Below are positions 61,201 to 64,000 of a DNA stretch of 64,000 bases, one piece after another. The position numbers were made by a program, and so were the translations under genes. Location: NCBI GenBank assembly GCA_039818205.1, contig JBCBUK010000010.1:94940-158939 (forward strand), given 5' to 3'. Below the pieces are notes generated by a model. That model was not told where the DNA came from and did not search any database. It was given only the letters and a program-made list of their open reading frames with translations. Within the stretch, counting starts at the first letter, position 1. Each line of letters starts with the position of its first letter. Source of the stretch: Verrucomicrobiota bacterium (lineage in GTDB: Bacteria; Verrucomicrobiota; Verrucomicrobiia; Opitutales; Cerasicoccaceae).

Positions 61201-61580
61201 ACCTTAAAGTGGAACCGAATTACCGCACATCCTATCTCAAGTTCGACGTCAATGGCATCACTGGTGCAGTGACAGAAGCCAAGCTCGTGGCTACCTTGAC
61301 TGAGAGTGGTAACGGTACGGTTCGGGTTTACCAAGGAAACAGCAATGGTGGGTGGACAGAGGCCACGATCACTGCCGGTAACGCTCCGGGTAATGGCGCC
61401 GAACTCGGTAGCGTGACTGGGGCCTGGGCTGCAGGAAATACTGTCGAGATCGACCTCGGAACCACCATCGGTAATGGAGAAATCACCCTCGTTCTCGAGA
61501 TGGACGGAGGTGGCAACGACGTCTGGTATTCTTCCTCCGAAGGAGCGAATTCGCCACGTCTAGAAGTTACCTATCAATAG
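58242..61580 (+). CDS. Secreted modular protein: Asp-rich nucleoside-hydrolase-like N-domain, beta-sandwich, four Cys-bracketed repeats, C-terminal CBM96/DNRLRE-like module
   Basis: Signal ending VHA; FDSKPDPDD, EAGNSDF, VVQHS.WNE, DYSD; repeats; QDAYIQG..RTSYLKFDV..YSSSEGANSPRL. Confidence 0.75.
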   Translation: MRKHLLFFLVSVLAVCYVHAQAPTPPNSNPPAINFDKTKDLFIPQFDSKPDPDDIHAMAALGSMLAHPDLHDVDYFAVQGSVGMQPSRTPNGYIPAPALMTMAFGPENVRWTQAGRGRLNTDPGTPNWNASVVRVRDKAKTALDRGGKVYVMEAGNSDFTRDWVQSLINNTSYTANDTRNRIVVVQHSNWNETRTTTTVGFTGANSHPAGITNVLDWVRNNTDYRRIEDGNGNNSTPNYRTSTTSFANQAEANNNPNTHARDMWREADRLIQDNGYLPGHSTITVGGVDYSDCVEAWYIFGLGTTVDNNTKFFNRYVTNSNSANGPVPGPAGSGTVYVEQNGLVIMETENTPSDLGLWLNKTAVSGYTGSGYLEFNGNNFELGPPNSPLTYEFTVSQSGLYYLHLHCARQVVNGRHDVANDCYVRVEGNYSAGPNAGNTHGAHAPLSMLKSDTKFFGGANNQFVWSSGNKLDPGGHNNKRVAIYNFQAGETYRLVVSGRSKFFKLDRIMFRHSSVPAATAENLNNPESSTTSGPGGGSNTVDCSLLPSSVVSSTSFDVQVPYEASGNREIVVVLSGPSGWLGNGKTQVSTGSGTASVTVNVAGGVAPAAGSGYTLAATNRVIGDGAGNYTPCTTALTFTNTLSNTADCSLLPSSVVSSTSFDVQVPYEASGNREIVVVLSGASGWLGNGKTQVSAGSGTASVTVNVAGGVAPAAGGGYTLAATNRVIGDGAGNYTQCTTALTFTNTLSNTADCSLLPSSVESATSFDVQVPYEAAGNREIVVVIGGPTGWLGNGKTQVTAGSGTAIVTVNVVNGGAPAAGGSYELSVTNRVPGDGSQANYTPCTSALTITAPGGGPATSNSADCSLLPTSLVSSTSFDVQVPYEATENREIVVVIGGPSGWLGNGKTPVAAGTGTATVTVNVVVGGTPAAGGGYQLSVTNRIPGDGNQGNYTPCTSALAFTSAGGTLVETPVQDAYIQGSTPFNNGDLKVEPNYRTSYLKFDVNGITGAVTEAKLVATLTESGNGTVRVYQGNSNGGWTEATITAGNAPGNGAELGSVTGAWAAGNTVEIDLGTTIGNGEITLVLEMDGGGNDVWYSSSEGANSPRLEVTYQ
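59856..61125 (+). repeat. Four intragenic ~105-aa tandem repeats
   Basis: Units start at 59856, 60171, 60486 (315-nt period) and 60819; units 1 and 2 are nearly identical at DNA level. Confidence 0.92.
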
Positions 61581-61601
61581 AAACTCTATCATCGTTTTCG
61601 G

Positions 61602-61632
61602 AGGCGCCCTGGTTTTCAGGGCGCCTTTTTTT
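61602..61632 (+). terminator. Rho-independent terminator
   Basis: aggcgccctg-gtttt-cagggcgcct followed by a T run. Confidence 0.88.
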
Positions 61633-61950
61633 CGTTCTGGACACCTGGTGGTATGGATTCATCACAGTTGTTCATGCACCAGTGGTGATGCTTCACTTGG
61701 AATTGCTGAAGGTAATATAGAGCACCGGATCCACTCGCGGTTATTTGTTGAGTAGAGCGGTATCTATGGCGTAGGAGTATACATTTGTAGGCCCCGTCTA
61801 ATGTTTTCGGTCTGACGCCCCTGCCTGTGAAATCGTTTTGGTTGTTTGAAGACTTGGTTATCTGTGATATCTACCATCTATCAAAAGATAATTCGACCGA
61901 TACTATCCACTTCGTTTAGTGCACTAGAGTCGTTAACCCCACATCCTAAT

Positions 61951-63927
61951 ATGAATCTATATCCCACCATTGCGTTGAAGCCTATCGCGTTGATCGCATG
62001 TGCATCTATCTTCTTTCATCTGGCTGCAGGACAAGACCTGGAGTCTACAGCCAAGCCGGAGGGCATATCTTCTGCCGCACTGATTGAAGTAGATCCTTCG
62101 ATTACACGAAAGATTGGAGGCGTTTCTGAGCTCGATAGAAATGTTTACTTTTCCATATCAGATTCCGGTGCTGATCTAGATCAGCGAGTGAAAGATCAGG
62201 CAATGTACGACTACTTGGTCCATGATCTGAAGATAAAACTGGGTCGAAACCTCGGACCGGTGAAAGCCGTTACCTATTGGAGTGAGCTGACCGTTGAAGA
62301 TCCCGATCGACCGGGGTATGCGGATATTGAAGCGCTCAATGAGATCTTAGCTACGAAACAATCATCCCCCAGTGAACAGATGTTGGAAGACTTTGGGGAC
62401 AACCTCGATGTCGTCTCTCACGGTTATCAAGGTGAGTATCCCGAGTTCATGGGAGAAGTGAAGCCGGGGGATCATCCGATGGGACACCATCGTCAAGTGC
62501 TTCCAGAAAATATTGATGCGTCAACCGAGTTGGCCGTGGCAGTTTTCAAGAACAGTTTCAACGACTTTACCCGTCCACGCTATTTTGAGCCGATGAATGA
62601 GCCACATTGGTACTTCTTCGGAGGAGACCATTTGGCGGATTGGCACTTGGCAATGCACAAGGCTTTTAACGAAGCGCTGCCCGAGGTGCAAGTTGGCGGT
62701 ATGTGTATGTCTGTTGCCTACATGTATCGACAAGATTATCGGACGTGGATTGGCTTTCGGGATTTCATCGATAATACCAATGGCGAACTCGATTTCTATT
62801 CGTTCCATGTTTACGACTATCTGACCTTTGAGGACGGGGAGTTTGCCGGCAGTGTTCAATCCGGTTTGCCGATGGAAGGCGTACTCGATATGGTGCCGAA
62901 CTATACCATGAATCAGTTTGGGAAAGAAACGCCGATTGTTGTGAGTGAGCATGGTGGCTATCTTAACGCAAAGAAGCGAGAGGCCATGATGGAGGCGATC
63001 ACCGCGGAGTTTACATTTGACGAAGGTTTTGCGGGAGAGATGCAGAAACGCTCCATTCACGATCATCAAAAAATCCGAAGCACGATTGCGAATACACTCA
63101 ATTTCATGGACCATCCGCATACCGTCAAAAAAGCGGTACCATTTATTCTGCTGAACTCATTTAGCTGGGATCCTTATTATAGGTCAGTGCTCTATGTCCC
63201 CGAAAATTTTGATGACATGTCCACGTGGGTCCCAACTGCGAACGTTGATTTCTATAGCTTCTTTAAGGACCTAAAGGGCCACCGAGTTTATTCCTTTTGC
63301 TCTGACCCGGATCTGCAGGTCCGCGCTTTCGCCGACGGTAATCAGGTTTATGTCGTGATTAACAATCTCATCGATCAGCCGACACCGATCCAGTTGGCCT
63401 TGCCGGAAGCAGAGCGCTATACGGTTAAGCGTTATGGTCGCAACGAAAACTATACTCCGCGACTTGATGAAGCGACACTTGATAGCTTGAACGATCTGAC
63501 GATTGGCGCGTCCGAATCCCTTTTCATAACTGCGGAGTACAATGAACCAATTACGCAGCAAAAGGTAGTGAACGAGGTCGCGAGGTATTCTGATCGTGTG
63601 GTGGCTGCGGTGGAACCGTATACTATAAAACCATTCGTAGTTTCCGTGGAGGATGGTGAAATCGACTACGCGCAACTGCGCGTCGCATTTCGCCGCCCTT
63701 TGGGAACTAATCGCGAGGTGCAAGTCGCGTTTAACGGCTATCCGGTGAGCATGCCAGTTGAGGACAGCGCTTATCGTCTGGACTCGGTTGATGACTACGC
63801 GACGACGCGTTTTGCTCGTATCAATCCCGACTGGATCAAGAAAGAGAATTCGGTGACCGTTGCGTTTCCCGACGGTAAAGAAGGCACCGTTGGCTCCGTT
63901 GTTCTCCGGACAGCAATGACAGAGTAA
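61951..63927 (+). CDS. Second GH86-like glycoside hydrolase (paralogue of 48746..50743), secreted
   Basis: FEPMNEP, DFYSFHVYD, VSEHG; shares QVKDQAMYDYLV-like, QSGLP.EG.LD.VPNYT, FMDHPHT.KKAVPFIL and CSDPDLQVRAF blocks with the first copy. Confidence 0.72.
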   Translation: MNLYPTIALKPIALIACASIFFHLAAGQDLESTAKPEGISSAALIEVDPSITRKIGGVSELDRNVYFSISDSGADLDQRVKDQAMYDYLVHDLKIKLGRNLGPVKAVTYWSELTVEDPDRPGYADIEALNEILATKQSSPSEQMLEDFGDNLDVVSHGYQGEYPEFMGEVKPGDHPMGHHRQVLPENIDASTELAVAVFKNSFNDFTRPRYFEPMNEPHWYFFGGDHLADWHLAMHKAFNEALPEVQVGGMCMSVAYMYRQDYRTWIGFRDFIDNTNGELDFYSFHVYDYLTFEDGEFAGSVQSGLPMEGVLDMVPNYTMNQFGKETPIVVSEHGGYLNAKKREAMMEAITAEFTFDEGFAGEMQKRSIHDHQKIRSTIANTLNFMDHPHTVKKAVPFILLNSFSWDPYYRSVLYVPENFDDMSTWVPTANVDFYSFFKDLKGHRVYSFCSDPDLQVRAFADGNQVYVVINNLIDQPTPIQLALPEAERYTVKRYGRNENYTPRLDEATLDSLNDLTIGASESLFITAEYNEPITQQKVVNEVARYSDRVVAAVEPYTIKPFVVSVEDGEIDYAQLRVAFRRPLGTNREVQVAFNGYPVSMPVEDSAYRLDSVDDYATTRFARINPDWIKKENSVTVAFPDGKEGTVGSVVLRTAMTE

Positions 63928-64000
63928 AGAGAACTGGTCTTAGATCTCGAGTATGGCTTGTGATGTTGTTTTTCAAACGGCGACAAGTCCTGCTGTTGGG

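Overview
Bacterial chromosomal window, probably from a marine member of Verrucomicrobiota (Opitutia). That is inferred from the protein styles and the frequent lack of Shine-Dalgarno sites, not from a marker gene. Left to right: (1) a CBS/CorC-family gene, a large secreted DUF5060-type glycan-active protein and a MATE pump; (2) a compact biosynthetic-looking trio of amidinotransferase, ATP-grasp ligase and a divergent PRMT-like N-methyltransferase whose frame is broken by one in-frame TAG at the conserved Trp; (3) a complete NAGGN osmolyte operon (asnO-ngg-M42 peptidase) with a divergent OPT peptide transporter; (4) a 5'-truncated racemase fused to a tyrosine-integrase C-terminal remnant at tRNA-Leu(CAG); (5) core genes (aroC, SRP RNA, lipoproteins, TPR protein); (6) a BlaI/M56 regulatory pair bracketed by an exact 18-bp inverted repeat (probable operator) in front of a 1756-aa secreted beta-propeller/di-heme/CBM/PA14 protein, then a multidomain PhoD-like protein; (7) a DUF2975-XRE operon with twin operators and a ProP-like MFS; (8) a ~22-kb polysaccharide-utilisation-like region with two GH86-like paralogues, an FAD oxidoreductase, a two-component system, a PhyH dioxygenase, an esterase, KdgK, a tandemly doubled XylR regulator and a secreted repeat protein. 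The best candidates for an undescribed system are the BlaI/M56-controlled giant di-heme protein and the amidino/methyl/ATP-grasp cluster. All domain calls come from motif recognition by eye. No database searches were run, and several start codons are my best choice rather than the longest ORF.
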